Source: Candidatus Limnocylindrales bacterium (lineage in GTDB: Bacteria > Moduliflexota > Moduliflexia > Moduliflexales > JAUQPW01). From it: DNA of 64,000 bases. A program made the translations under genes and the position numbers. The notes beneath the pieces were generated by a model, which worked only from the letters and a program-made list of their open reading frames with translations, made no database searches and was not told where the DNA came from. The stretch is taken from contig DATMBG010000012.1 of NCBI GenBank assembly GCA_035559535.1, positions 1 to 64,000 on the forward strand. The letters are read 5' to 3'. Of this stretch, positions 9,571-20,097 are shown piece after piece (the first letter of the stretch is position 1; each line of letters begins with the position of its first letter).

Positions 9571-9660
9571 GAGTCAGAAGTCAGAAGTCAAAAGAGAAGG
9601 GTTTTCCAGGGGGTTGTGATTTGATGGTTTTTATTCTGATTTCTGGCTTTCTACTCTCTA
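9571..9660. repeat. 7-mer tandem repeat (GTCAGAA) with degenerate inverted counterpart
   Basis: GAGTCAGAAGTCAGAAGTCAAAA ... TTCTGATTTCTGGCTTTCTACTC. Confidence 0.55.
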
Positions 9661-9662
9661 AA

Positions 9663-9998
9663 ATGGTCATGTTTTCCATCTGTAAAAAATACTGGATCTA
9701 CCTGTATTTTGGAATACTTCTTGTCATGGCCGGGTGTGCGACGGCTCAAAAAACTCACCCACCCCAGCAAATACGAAGTGATGAGGAAATCACCCAGGAA
9801 GTGAAGGAAAAGCTCTATGAACGTTTTCCCCTTGGGACTCCCTGGAATTTCATCGAGGTTAAAACGGTCCATGGGGACGTTTATTTAAGTGGGACTGTAG
9901 AGGAAACTCTAACAAAAAGGGCCGCAGAAGACATAGCCCGAAATATCCAGGGAGTCAAAGATGTTATAAATGGCATTGTAGTAAGTCCGAGACCTTGA
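9663..9998 (+). CDS. BON domain lipoprotein
   Basis: Lipobox MAGC; SDEEITQEVKEKL...G.VYLSGTV...GVKDVINGI. Confidence 0.85.
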   Translation: MVMFSICKKYWIYLYFGILLVMAGCATAQKTHPPQQIRSDEEITQEVKEKLYERFPLGTPWNFIEVKTVHGDVYLSGTVEETLTKRAAEDIARNIQGVKDVINGIVVSPRP

Positions 9999-10053
9999 AA
10001 CCCGACCGGATCCTCCGAATCCTTCCCAAGGGTAAGAGTGGATTAGTAGATAT

Positions 10054-13000
10054 ATGTCAGGCAAATTGGCCGCGTTATGGAATATTTATCCCGGTGAAGG
10101 CTGGCCTATGTTGTTATTGCTGATACATTCCTTTTTCCTGGGGATCACTCTGGTCTTTTTTTACACAGCCGCTAACGCTTTATTTCTTGCTACCTTCGAT
10201 GTTAAAATTCTCCCCTATGCGTATATAACCTCGGCAGGAGTCATTACCCTAGGGGGGTTTCTCTATTCAAAGTTAGAAAAACGTCTCCCGGTTACCCGGC
10301 TTTTGCCGGGCACACTCGCCTTCTTATTCATTTCCGTTTGTGCCTTTTATTTGGGCCTTTGGGTTCCTATCCGATGGTTGATCTTTGGACTTTTGATCTG
10401 GTCCGACATGTTGGATATGCTTATGGGCCTTGAATTTTGGGGACTTGCTGGACGCCTGTTCAATGTACGACAGGGTAAACGGTTGTTCGGTTTGATCGGC
10501 TCCGGAGATACGGCTACCCGAATTCTCAGCGGCTTTTCCATCCCCTTGCTGGTTCAAGTCTTAGGTACGCCGAATCTTTTACTCATTTCGGCGGGAGGTT
10601 TGATCTTATGTCTGATTGTTCTCCTGATCATCCTCCACCGGTTCCGGGAACGCATCCTTATTCCTCAAGAAGAGCAAACAGAAACAAAGAAGGTTCAAAA
10701 TCAGATCTTTCACCTTCTGAAGGATCGGTATCTTGTTTTGATTTTTCTCTTGGCCGTTTTTTCCGTGTTCGCAACTTACTTCTTAAATTATATCTTTCTG
10801 GAGCAGGTCAAAGCAGATCGTGAGCATGCCGATGAATTATCCAGGTTTTTAGGAGTTTTTTATGGGGCAACCGATATAGTCAGCCTTGGATTCCGGACCC
10901 TTTTATCCGGTCGACTGCTTAATCAGCATGGCCTTAAAGTTGGATTGACACTCCTTCCCCTCATGCTGGCAGTAGGTACCGTATTGGCAGTCCTTGCAGG
11001 TACGGTATTTGGAGCTGTTGCCCTGTTTTTCTGGTTGGTAGCCATGAATAGGTTGACTGACCGCGTCTTGAGAAAGGCGATATTTAAACCTGCTTTTCTC
11101 ATTCTTTATCAACCCTTAAGGGCCAGCGAACGGTTAAGTGCTCAGGTTGCCGTAGAGGGTATGGTAGGACCTGTATCCAGTGGACTGGCAGGTATAAGCC
11201 TGCTCCTGTTCAATTTGAACGGTTCCTTCAGTCCGGTAAGGCTTGCTTATGTCATGCTCTTTATCCTGGCCGGTTGGGTTATCGTTTCTATTTTGATTCA
11301 GTCGGAATATGCCGTTGCTTTAACACGGGCTTTAACCCGGCGTACACTGGAAGGAATGTCCCTTTCCTTGGGTGATGCCTCGAGTCTTGCCGTCTTAAAG
11401 GAAAAACTCAAGAGCTCTCATCCCAATGAGATTATTTATTCGTTGAATATTCTAGAAAAAATAGAGCATGACGCCTTGGATTCCTTTCTAATGGATTTAT
11501 TGGAGCATCCCGCTCCAGAAGTTCGTCGGGATGTTCTGCTCAGGATTGAGCGGAGGGTAGAAGTGGAGTTTAAACCGGTTTCTTCTGTATTAACCCTGGT
11601 TAATAAAAGGCTTAAGCTGGAAAGCTCCCCATCGGTTCAGGCGGCTGCATTAAGAGCTTTAAGTGCTCTGGGAGAAACCGAAGTAGTCGAACAGGTTGCT
11701 CCTTATCTTGAAAATCCTGACCTACAGGTAAGAATGGGGGCCATGGTTGGCTTACTACGTAATGGTGGAATAGCAGGGATTCTGTTGGCCGGCGAAAATC
11801 TAACTAACTGGGTAAATTCCCCAGATCCCCATGAACGGGAACTGGCTGCACAGGTGTTGGGAGAGGTTGGAATTCGTAGTTTTTACCATCCTCTCTTGAA
11901 GTTACTCAGAGACGAAGACCCGCAAGTCCATCGAGCTGCCTTAATAGCTGCCGGGAGGGTTCAGAATCCGAAGTTATGGCCCCTGGTACTCGAGGATCTT
12001 TCCTCTCCTATGTTTTATCATGCTGCTGCTTCGGCCCTGGTTGTTGCGGGGGAATCGGTCTTATCAGAACTGGCCTTGATGTTCAATAAGAAAAACCAGC
12101 CCCGGGAGGTCCTCATTCGAATTGCCCGAATTTGTGGACGAATCCGGGGGAATCAAGTCATAACCCTGCTCCGAGACAAAATCGATTTCCCGGATGAAGA
12201 TGTCCGTTACTATATTTTAGTTTCCTTAAGTCTCTGCGGTTACCGGGCCCAGGAGGGGGAGGTCCTCAGGGTCCATCAAAAAATCCGGGAGGAAATCGAG
12301 GATGCTACCTGGACCCTGGCAGCCCTGGTAGGAATCGGAGAAGAAGCCTCGGTATTTCTTTTGAAAAAGGCTTTGACCTATGAATTAGAACAAAATCAGA
12401 AGCGAATCCTTCTATTATTATCCTTTATTTATGATTCCCCATCCATTTTACGGGCCCGGGATAATCTCCTACAGGATTCCCCCGAAAAGAGAGCTTATGC
12501 CCTTGAGATTATTGATCTTTTGATTTCTCAAGAGCTAAAACCGATGCTCTTTCCTTTGCTGGAGGGTTTAACCCCTACCCAACGTCTTAACCGCCTTCAT
12601 GCTTTCTTTCCTCAACAAAGTCTGGATCGAGGTCAACAACTAGAGAGGATTATAAGCCGATCGGACCGGTGGATACATCCATGGACTAAAACCTGTGCCC
12701 TTTATGCCCTGGCCTATAATACCTCTCTTTCCAATCCCTCTATTCTCTCTGCAGTTATTTCGGCTCTCTCGGATTCTAATCCGATAGTGAGAGAAACCGC
12801 GATCTGGACTTTATCTCGACTCGATCCCTTAAAGTATCAGAGTTATACAAGAAGTTTACCCGGCAATGTCGGTCCCGAGATCATTCGTGCTATCCGGCAG
12901 GTGGAAGCCGAAAAAAGCGGAGAAAAGGTCCCGCTCTTGCTGATCGAAAGGGTGATCCTTTTGAAAACCCTGGGTATCTTCTCGGAAACTCCGGAGCAAG

Positions 13001-13896
13001 TTCTGATCGAAGTGGCTTCTATCCTCGAGGAAATTGAAATAAAGGTAGGGCAACCGATTTTTGAAAAAGGAGATATGGGAAGTTGTATGTATATCATTAC
13101 AGACGGACAGGTACGCGTCCATGATGGAACCCAAACCCTCCGTACCTTAGGGCCCGGGGATATTTTTGGTGAGTTATCAGTGCTGGATCCTGAACCCCGC
13201 TCGGCCTCGGTGACGGCCCTTGAAAACACACGGCTTTTTCGTCTTTATCGGGATGGGCTTTATGAGCTTATGACCGATCATATTGAAGTGGTTCGTGGTA
13301 TTATTCGTGTTTTGTGCCGGTGGTTACGCACGGGGAATCAGAAAATCGTTGAGCATGTCCATTCAAAAGAAATCCTGAAGAAGCATCTCAGTGAAAAAAT
13401 TACCCGAACGATAAAACGAACAGTTGGGGAAAGAAAAAGAAGCGAATTTGTGCTGTTACCCCTTGAAAAAGTTATTATCTTAAAAACGGTTAGTATTTTT
13501 TCTGAGACTTCGGAAGAAATCCTGACCGAGATAGCCTCCCTCCTTGAAGAGGTGGAGTTAGGGGCAGGGGAAACCATTTTTGAAAAGGGAGATATGGGAA
13601 GTTGCATGTATATTGTTATAGATGGTCGGGTACGTATCCACGATGGGGAACAAACCCTGGCTTATGCCGGAGAGCGAGAAATTTTTGGCGAAATGGCCGT
13701 CTTAGATCCCGAACCCCGTTCGGCTTCTGCTACCACTACAGAAGTTACCCGCCTTTTCCGCCTTGATCAGGATGCCCTTTATATATTAATGGCCGATCAT
13801 ATTGAGGTGGTTCATGGAATTATTCGTGTTTTGTGTAAACGGATACGGGCCTCATATCAAACGCAGATTAGTCTGCAAGTTTACCCTTCTGCCTGA
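10054..13896 (+). CDS. Npt/TLC-like (NTT) MFS transporter fused to HEAT repeats and two cyclic-nucleotide-binding domains
   Basis: About 12 TM helices with FW..A..LFNVRQGKRLFGLI; HEAT repeats; two FEKGDMGSCMYI...FGE..VLDPEPRSAS domains. Confidence 0.85.
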   Translation: MSGKLAALWNIYPGEGWPMLLLLIHSFFLGITLVFFYTAANALFLATFDVKILPYAYITSAGVITLGGFLYSKLEKRLPVTRLLPGTLAFLFISVCAFYLGLWVPIRWLIFGLLIWSDMLDMLMGLEFWGLAGRLFNVRQGKRLFGLIGSGDTATRILSGFSIPLLVQVLGTPNLLLISAGGLILCLIVLLIILHRFRERILIPQEEQTETKKVQNQIFHLLKDRYLVLIFLLAVFSVFATYFLNYIFLEQVKADREHADELSRFLGVFYGATDIVSLGFRTLLSGRLLNQHGLKVGLTLLPLMLAVGTVLAVLAGTVFGAVALFFWLVAMNRLTDRVLRKAIFKPAFLILYQPLRASERLSAQVAVEGMVGPVSSGLAGISLLLFNLNGSFSPVRLAYVMLFILAGWVIVSILIQSEYAVALTRALTRRTLEGMSLSLGDASSLAVLKEKLKSSHPNEIIYSLNILEKIEHDALDSFLMDLLEHPAPEVRRDVLLRIERRVEVEFKPVSSVLTLVNKRLKLESSPSVQAAALRALSALGETEVVEQVAPYLENPDLQVRMGAMVGLLRNGGIAGILLAGENLTNWVNSPDPHERELAAQVLGEVGIRSFYHPLLKLLRDEDPQVHRAALIAAGRVQNPKLWPLVLEDLSSPMFYHAAASALVVAGESVLSELALMFNKKNQPREVLIRIARICGRIRGNQVITLLRDKIDFPDEDVRYYILVSLSLCGYRAQEGEVLRVHQKIREEIEDATWTLAALVGIGEEASVFLLKKALTYELEQNQKRILLLLSFIYDSPSILRARDNLLQDSPEKRAYALEIIDLLISQELKPMLFPLLEGLTPTQRLNRLHAFFPQQSLDRGQQLERIISRSDRWIHPWTKTCALYALAYNTSLSNPSILSAVISALSDSNPIVRETAIWTLSRLDPLKYQSYTRSLPGNVGPEIIRAIRQVEAEKSGEKVPLLLIERVILLKTLGIFSETPEQVLIEVASILEEIEIKVGQPIFEKGDMGSCMYIITDGQVRVHDGTQTLRTLGPGDIFGELSVLDPEPRSASVTALENTRLFRLYRDGLYELMTDHIEVVRGIIRVLCRWLRTGNQKIVEHVHSKEILKKHLSEKITRTIKRTVGERKRSEFVLLPLEKVIILKTVSIFSETSEEILTEIASLLEEVELGAGETIFEKGDMGSCMYIVIDGRVRIHDGEQTLAYAGEREIFGEMAVLDPEPRSASATTTEVTRLFRLDQDALYILMADHIEVVHGIIRVLCKRIRASYQTQISLQVYPSA

Positions 13897-14037
13897 AAGG
13901 CTTGATGAATCCGTTGAGGGATTTCTTTATAATCGAAAATTATAAAAACTTTTCTTTTTAAGAATCATGGGATTTAGGTTTCAAGCTAAAAAGTGCAAAA
14001 CATAGTACGTTTTGCATTTTAGGCTTTGGGTTTAAAA

Positions 14038-15300
14038 ATGGTCGGAGAGAAAACAGAATGGGAAAGTCCCCTCTATCAAATGGTCGTTCGCCAGTTTAAC
14101 AAGGCCGTAGAGCGGATGAAGCTGGATCCTGGGATTGTTGAACGGCTTCGATATCCCCAGCGGTCTTTAATTGTAACCTTTCCGGTTAAAATGGATAATG
14201 GTCAGGTTGAGATTTTTGAAGGTTACCGGGTTCAGCATACGTTAAGTATGCCCACCAAAGGAGGAATTCGATATCACCAGGCAGTAACCCTGGGAGAAAT
14301 AACGGCCCTGGCTATGTTGATGACCTGGAAGTGTGCCTTAATCGGTTTACCTTTCAGTGGGGCCAAAGGTGGGGTGCGCTGTAATCCAGAACAATTATCC
14401 ATGGCCGAGCTGGAACGACTGACCCGGCGTTATACGGCCGAGATTACCAGTATGATCGGACCGGATTCGGATATCCCGGCCCCGGATATCTCTACAAATG
14501 AGCAGGTTATGGCCTGGATGATGGATACCTACAGTCAGCAAAAGGGTCATGCCATTCCGGAAGTGGTTACAGGAAAGCCGGTCAGTATTGGTGGATCTCT
14601 GGGAAGATACGAGGCTACGGGGCGAGGTGTTGTGTATGTGATTACAGAAGCTGCGAAACTTTTAGGAATGAATCTTAATGGAGCCAGAGCGGTTATTCAG
14701 GGTTTCGGAAATGTTGGATCGATTACGGCCAAACAGCTTGCTAAAACGGGTTGTAAGGTTATTGCCGTCAGTGACATCAAGGGAGGTCTTTACAATCCCA
14801 AGGGACTAGATGTTAAAGATCTTATTAACTACGTAAAACAAAATCAATTCTTGGAAGGTTATTCCCAGGCTGAACCTATCACCCATGAAGAGCTGTTCGA
14901 ACTTCCCTGTGATATCCTGGTTCCAGCCGCTCTTTCCAATCAAATTACAGAAAAAAATGCCCTCAAAATTAATTGCCGGATCCTGGCAGAAGGGGCCGAC
15001 GGGCCCAGCACCCTGGAAGCCGACCAAATCTTGCGGGATAAAGGAGTTTTGATCCTTCCGGATATTCTCTGTAACGCCGGAGGCGTGATCGTCTCTTACT
15101 TTGAGTGGGTTCAGGATTTACAGAATTACTTCTGGACCCTTAAACAGATCAACAATCGGCTCCGAAGAATTCTTACCCGAGCCTTCCGAAATGTTTATGA
15201 ACGATCCCATCGAGAGAAAACGAATATGCGGATGGCTGCTTTAATGATAGGAATTGGACGGGTTGTGGAAGCAAAACGCGTTCGAGGACTGTATCCGTGA
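14038..15300 (+). CDS. gdhA: Glu/Leu/Phe/Val dehydrogenase family (glutamate dehydrogenase-like)
   Basis: GYRVQH, KGGIRY, MTWKCA, DIPAPD, QGFGNVG, NAGGVIVSYFEWVQ. Confidence 0.85.
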   Translation: MVGEKTEWESPLYQMVVRQFNKAVERMKLDPGIVERLRYPQRSLIVTFPVKMDNGQVEIFEGYRVQHTLSMPTKGGIRYHQAVTLGEITALAMLMTWKCALIGLPFSGAKGGVRCNPEQLSMAELERLTRRYTAEITSMIGPDSDIPAPDISTNEQVMAWMMDTYSQQKGHAIPEVVTGKPVSIGGSLGRYEATGRGVVYVITEAAKLLGMNLNGARAVIQGFGNVGSITAKQLAKTGCKVIAVSDIKGGLYNPKGLDVKDLINYVKQNQFLEGYSQAEPITHEELFELPCDILVPAALSNQITEKNALKINCRILAEGADGPSTLEADQILRDKGVLILPDILCNAGGVIVSYFEWVQDLQNYFWTLKQINNRLRRILTRAFRNVYERSHREKTNMRMAALMIGIGRVVEAKRVRGLYP

Positions 15301-15435
15301 GGAGTACGGAAGTGTGGGAGTATGGGAGTGTGGGAGTATGGAAGTATGGGGGTATGGAAGTATGGGAGTGTGGGAGTGTGGGAGAAATCTTATACTTCCT
15401 CACTCCCATACTTCCATACTCCCACACCCCCCTAC
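15301..15435. repeat. Octamer tandem repeat element (GGGAGTRT)n + core + inverted (CTCCCAYA)n, copy 1
   Basis: About ten G-rich octamers, a unique core GAGAAATCTTATACTTCC, then complementary C-rich octamers. Confidence 0.9.
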
Positions 15436-15444
15436 GAGATGATT

Positions 15445-16995
15445 ATGTCTATTGAAGAGAAACTCAGAGAATTGGCCAGAAAAAATGAAGAAGCCGAGTT
15501 AGCAGGCGGTTTAGAACGTATTGAAAGGCAACATAAAGCTGGGAAACTTACAGCAAGGGAGCGGGTTAATTTTCTACTGGACCCGGGGAGCTTTCAAGAA
15601 ATGGACAAATTTGTGGTGCACCGGTCCACGGATTTTGGAGTAGGTGAAAAAAAAATCCTTGGAGATGGGGTTATTACAGGGTATGGAACGATTAAAGGGC
15701 GGTTGGTTTACATTTTTGCTCAGGATTTTACCGTCTTTGGAGGTTCTCTAAGCGAGGCTTATGCCGCAAAGATTTGCAAAATTATGGACCTGGCCTTGAA
15801 GAACGGAGCCCCGATCATCGGTCTGAACGATTCAGGGGGGGCTCGAATTCAGGAGGGAGTTGTCAGTCTGGCCGGCTATGCAGATATTTTCTTACGAAAT
15901 ACCCTGGCTTCAGGAGTAATTCCTCAAATTTCTGCCATCATGGGACCCTGCGCCGGAGGGGCCGTTTATTCTCCGGCCATTACCGATTTCATTGTCATGG
16001 TCAAGGGGTCCAGCTATATGTTTATCACAGGCCCCGAAGTCATTAAAGCCGTAACCCATGAAGAAGTAAGCTTTGAAAAGTTGGGAGGAGCCATAACCCA
16101 CAGTACCATCAGTGGAGTTGCCCATTTTGCTGCAGAAAACGATGAAGATTGCCTCCTCCTCATCCGGGAACTCCTGGAATTTATCCCCCAAAATAACCTG
16201 GAAGATCCGCCCTATAAACCTACCGACGATCCCCCAGATCGGATCGATGAAAGCTTAAATACCCTGGTACCAGATAACCCCAATCAACCCTATGATATCA
16301 AGAATCTTATTCGTACCGTGGTCGACGACCACTACTTCTTTGAAGTTCACGAACATTATGCTAAAAATATGGTTGTAGGTTTCGGTCGATTAAACGGGTA
16401 TTCGGTAGGTATTGTGGCCAATCAACCGGATTTCTTAGCGGGCACTCTGGATATCGATGCTTCCCTTAAGGGAGCCCGATTTGTCCGTTTTTGTGATGCC
16501 TTTAACATTCCCCTCGTGGTCTTCGAGGATGTTCCGGGGTTCTTACCGGGAGTCGATCAGGAATATCGGGGGATTATTAAACATGGGGCTAAACTTCTAT
16601 ATGCCTTTGCCGAAGCCACGGTCCCTAAGATTACCGTAATTACCCGTAAAGCCTATGGAGGAGCCTATTGCGTTATGGCTAGCAAACATATCCGGGCCGA
16701 TCAAAACTTCGCCTATCCAACTGCCGAGATCGCCGTGATGGGTCCAGAAGCTGCTGTCAATATCGTCTTCCGAAAGGAACTGGCCGAGGCCAAAGATCCC
16801 GTAGCCCGAAAAGCAGAACTGGTTGCAGAATACCGAAGGAAATTCGCCAACCCCTATGTCGCCGCCGAACGGGGATATATCGATGAGGTCATCGAACCCA
16901 AGTACACCCGCCTCAAACTGATCCGGGCTCTGGAAATGCTAAAAAATAAGCGGGATACCAACCCGCCTAAAAAGCATGGAAATATACCGCTTTAA
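15445..16995 (+). CDS. pccB: Acyl-CoA (propionyl-CoA) carboxylase beta / carboxyltransferase subunit
   Basis: [46 protein letters not shown]; real start 15439 or 15445, not 15322. Confidence 0.92.
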   Translation: MSIEEKLRELARKNEEAELAGGLERIERQHKAGKLTARERVNFLLDPGSFQEMDKFVVHRSTDFGVGEKKILGDGVITGYGTIKGRLVYIFAQDFTVFGGSLSEAYAAKICKIMDLALKNGAPIIGLNDSGGARIQEGVVSLAGYADIFLRNTLASGVIPQISAIMGPCAGGAVYSPAITDFIVMVKGSSYMFITGPEVIKAVTHEEVSFEKLGGAITHSTISGVAHFAAENDEDCLLLIRELLEFIPQNNLEDPPYKPTDDPPDRIDESLNTLVPDNPNQPYDIKNLIRTVVDDHYFFEVHEHYAKNMVVGFGRLNGYSVGIVANQPDFLAGTLDIDASLKGARFVRFCDAFNIPLVVFEDVPGFLPGVDQEYRGIIKHGAKLLYAFAEATVPKITVITRKAYGGAYCVMASKHIRADQNFAYPTAEIAVMGPEAAVNIVFRKELAEAKDPVARKAELVAEYRRKFANPYVAAERGYIDEVIEPKYTRLKLIRALEMLKNKRDTNPPKKHGNIPL

Positions 16996-16996
16996 G

Positions 16997-17117
16997 AGCG
17001 GGGTATGGGAGCATGGGAGTATGGTAGGGTGGAAGGGTGGAAGTATAAGATTTCTCCCACACTCCCACACTTCCATACCCCCATACTCCCGCACTCCCAC
17101 ACCCCCATACCCCTTCC
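16997..17117. repeat. Octamer tandem repeat element, copy 2 in opposite orientation
   Basis: Contains GGAAGTATAAGATTTCTCCCACACTCCCACACT, the reverse complement of the copy 1 core. Confidence 0.9.
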
Positions 17118-19745
17118 TTACCTCCTTCTCCTGATGGCCTTGATCCGCTCTGCGGCCTGGCTTCCCCGTTTATCCTTGTAGTCGTTGACCATCTGCTGAT
17201 AAAGGGTCAAAGCTTCCTCCCATCTTTCCAACGTTTCGTAAATTTCTCCCATTTTAAACTTGGCCGCCACGATCCACTGATCCGAAGCAGGATGAAGAAG
17301 GGTCACCTTGTGATATTCGGTCAGGGCCTGGTTGAGATCTCCTATTTGCTGAAAGGTATCTCCTATCCAATATTGAGCTTCCGCTTTGAGTTCTTCGTCT
17401 TGAGCATGTTGGGTGACCTGTTTGAAAGCCTTTAGAGCCAGATCAAAATCGTGGGTTTTCTGGAAGAAAAGACCAATGCTGATCCGATAGGGATCTACAG
17501 AAGGTTCGTCGGGATAATGGGTAATGACCGCCTTATAGCTCTCGATGGCATGATCCATATCCTTGAGATTTTTGTAACACTCCCCGATTTTAAACTGAGC
17601 TTCTGCAGCCACCGGGCTATTTCCAAAAAGGGCAATAACCTTTTGATACCCGGCCAGGGCTTCGGCATACTTTTTTTGATCGAACAGAAGGTTACCGATC
17701 TCATATTGAGCACGGGAAGCCTGTTCGAAGCCGGGAAATCTGGAAATAATTTCTTGATAAATCCCCAGAGCTTCTTTATATTTTCCTTGTAGGCGTAGGG
17801 ATTCTGCCATTTGATAGGTGGCTTCTTTAACCAGAGGATGGTCCGGGAATTCCGAAATGAACTCAGAAAAGGCTTTTTGGGCTCTACGATAGTCTTTCTG
17901 TTGTTGAGCTTCTTGAGCCTGACGAAATTTAACTTCGGCCAGAAGTTGAGTTCTCGGGTCTTTAGCCAGAAGATCACTTAAAGTTTTTAGTCCCTGTTCA
18001 TAATTACCCGTCTTATAATAGCTCTGCCGGATTTTATACCGGGCCTCTGGAACATAGCCACTGTTGGGAAACTTCCTTATCAGTTCTTCGTAGGTAGCCC
18101 GGGCCTCCTCAAGCTGGTCAGATTGAAAGTAAGCTTCTCCCAGTTGCCATAAAGACTCTATGTAAAGGTCCGAGTCGGGAAATTGGGTCAGAAAAGCCTT
18201 AAATTCTTGACTTGCCAGCAGAGGGTCTCCTCGCTGTAGATAGACTAACCCTTTCCAGTACCGGGCTTTTTCGGCCAGGGGACTGTAGGGATATCGGTCT
18301 AAGAGATTTTGGAAATTCTGGGCAGCCAGGTTGTAATCCTTTAATTTGTAAGCTCCCCAACCTATTTGAAAAAGAGCCTGGGAGACCTGTTCATCGTTCG
18401 AAGATTTCTCTACGATTTTTTGAAAGGCTTCGATTCCGGCCGAATAATCTTCCAGGGCAAAAAAAGCTTTTCCAAGCTGGTACTGGACCTGGATCGTAAG
18501 CTCACTGTAGGGATAAAGCTTCTCTATTTTCTGGAAGAGTTCTATCGCTTTTGAAAACGCCCCCCTTTCCATATAACCCTTTCCGGCCTGAAAGAGCGCA
18601 TCATCGGCCAGAGAACTTTTTGGAAAATCGGTAGCCACCTTGAGAAAAGTGTCTATAGCCTCTTCATAACGTTGAAGAGCCTGTTGGGTAAGTCCTATCT
18701 GATAATAGACCTGATCCAGGAAGTAATTATCGGGGGAAAGCCTATCCCGGGTTGAGGATTGGACGATTTTCTGATATTCACTTAAAGCCTGTAGATATTT
18801 TTTTTGCTGATAAAGGGCCTTTCCCAGTTTATATCGGGCCTCAGCAACCAGGGGGTCTTTAGGAGCCTTTGAAATAAATTGGGTATAGGCGGCTTCTGCT
18901 TCTGGGTACTTTCCCTGTTGGAAGAAGCTCTCTCCCATCTGGAATTGGGCCGGACGACTATAATAACCGTTTGGATATTTCTCGATAAGCTGTGTCAGGG
19001 TTTCTATGGCTTTATCCGGCTCGTTTAGCTTGAGATAAGTCTGGCCTGTAAAATAAAGGGCCTCTTCGGTTAAGGGGCTGTTGAGATAATTTTTTAAAAG
19101 CTCGGAAAATGCCTTCAAGGCTCCCTGGAATTCACCGGCTAAAAGAAGCTCCTTACCCTTTCGATAAAGTTCTTGAGCTTGAGAGGGAATCGGATTACGT
19201 TTTTCTTCTACTGATTCGGCTAACTGAACAGCCCGCTGAAAATCTCCTTTTCGATAGTAAACCCAAACCATCCGATAAGTGACTTCTAAACTTAGAGGAT
19301 TTGTGGGATATCGATCCAAAAACTGTTGATAAACCTGAAGGGCCTGATCATATTTTTTAGTAAAATAATAAATATCTCCTTGATTAATCCAGGCCTCCAG
19401 AGAATGGAGATTTTCAGGATAATTCTCCAGAAGCTGGTTGAAATTTTTGAGACTTCGATCGAACTCTCCCAGTTTCAAGTTGCACATTCCAATCCAGTAA
19501 AGGATATCTCCTCCAGAAGGTTCTTTTTTCAAAGAGTTATAAAACTTTTGGAAAATTTCTCGGGCCTTGAGAAAATCCCCCTTTTGGAAATAAGCCATCC
19601 CCTGTTGAAAGATAGGTTCGTTTTCTATAGAGGATCGCGAAGGGGATATTGAAGGGTTTTCTGACTGGGCCCAAAGGGGTGACACAGAGAAGATAGAAAA
19701 AAAGTACAGAAGCCCGGCTTGCAAAATACAATATACGCTTTTCAT
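17118..19745 (-). CDS. Exported protein made almost entirely of TPR repeats (BamD/CpoB-like)
   Basis: Signal peptide ending LWA; about 20 repeats of A.Y..G..Y....Y..A...F......YP. Confidence 0.88.
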   Translation of the reverse strand: MKSVYCILQAGLLYFFSIFSVSPLWAQSENPSISPSRSSIENEPIFQQGMAYFQKGDFLKAREIFQKFYNSLKKEPSGGDILYWIGMCNLKLGEFDRSLKNFNQLLENYPENLHSLEAWINQGDIYYFTKKYDQALQVYQQFLDRYPTNPLSLEVTYRMVWVYYRKGDFQRAVQLAESVEEKRNPIPSQAQELYRKGKELLLAGEFQGALKAFSELLKNYLNSPLTEEALYFTGQTYLKLNEPDKAIETLTQLIEKYPNGYYSRPAQFQMGESFFQQGKYPEAEAAYTQFISKAPKDPLVAEARYKLGKALYQQKKYLQALSEYQKIVQSSTRDRLSPDNYFLDQVYYQIGLTQQALQRYEEAIDTFLKVATDFPKSSLADDALFQAGKGYMERGAFSKAIELFQKIEKLYPYSELTIQVQYQLGKAFFALEDYSAGIEAFQKIVEKSSNDEQVSQALFQIGWGAYKLKDYNLAAQNFQNLLDRYPYSPLAEKARYWKGLVYLQRGDPLLASQEFKAFLTQFPDSDLYIESLWQLGEAYFQSDQLEEARATYEELIRKFPNSGYVPEARYKIRQSYYKTGNYEQGLKTLSDLLAKDPRTQLLAEVKFRQAQEAQQQKDYRRAQKAFSEFISEFPDHPLVKEATYQMAESLRLQGKYKEALGIYQEIISRFPGFEQASRAQYEIGNLLFDQKKYAEALAGYQKVIALFGNSPVAAEAQFKIGECYKNLKDMDHAIESYKAVITHYPDEPSVDPYRISIGLFFQKTHDFDLALKAFKQVTQHAQDEELKAEAQYWIGDTFQQIGDLNQALTEYHKVTLLHPASDQWIVAAKFKMGEIYETLERWEEALTLYQQMVNDYKDKRGSQAAERIKAIRRRR

Positions 19746-19886
19746 AGAGTTATACTACTCCGGATAATAGGAGATTTTTTTACCTAAAAACTCAAGTTAG
19801 TTTATAACATTAAGTAACATGGGCCGGTTTATGTGTCAATAATTTATGTAGGATACGTTTAAGAGGCTTTTGTCTAAGGTTTTTGT

Positions 19887-19915
19887 TTGACAAAGAGAAG
19901 GATAATTCTTATTCT
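19887..19915 (+). promoter_or_regulatory. Sigma70-type promoter for the hybrid kinase
   Basis: TTGACA-N17-TATTCT. Confidence 0.65.
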
Positions 19916-20097
19916 GATATTTACTCTTATTGTGGCTGGCACCCATTCCCGGTGACCCGATGGAAGACTGCCTGAAAGGCAGGGGCAATCTTAACGGAGT
20001 TGTTTTTTAACTAAAGTCTACGTTTTTCTTAATTTAAGATAAACCCTTTGATGCTTATCTTATTTACAGATGAGCCAGGAATAAGGGAGATTAGGCC

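Noticed and set aside
15322-15444. 41-aa N-terminal extension of pccB and the overlapping ORFs 15173-15427 and 15254-15442
   Set aside because: These are translations of the octamer repeat (MGVWEYGS...); family similarity begins at 15439/15445.
15301-17117. Repeat arrays as a CRISPR locus
   Set aside because: Units are 8-bp tandem repeats without unique spacers, and no cas genes are present.
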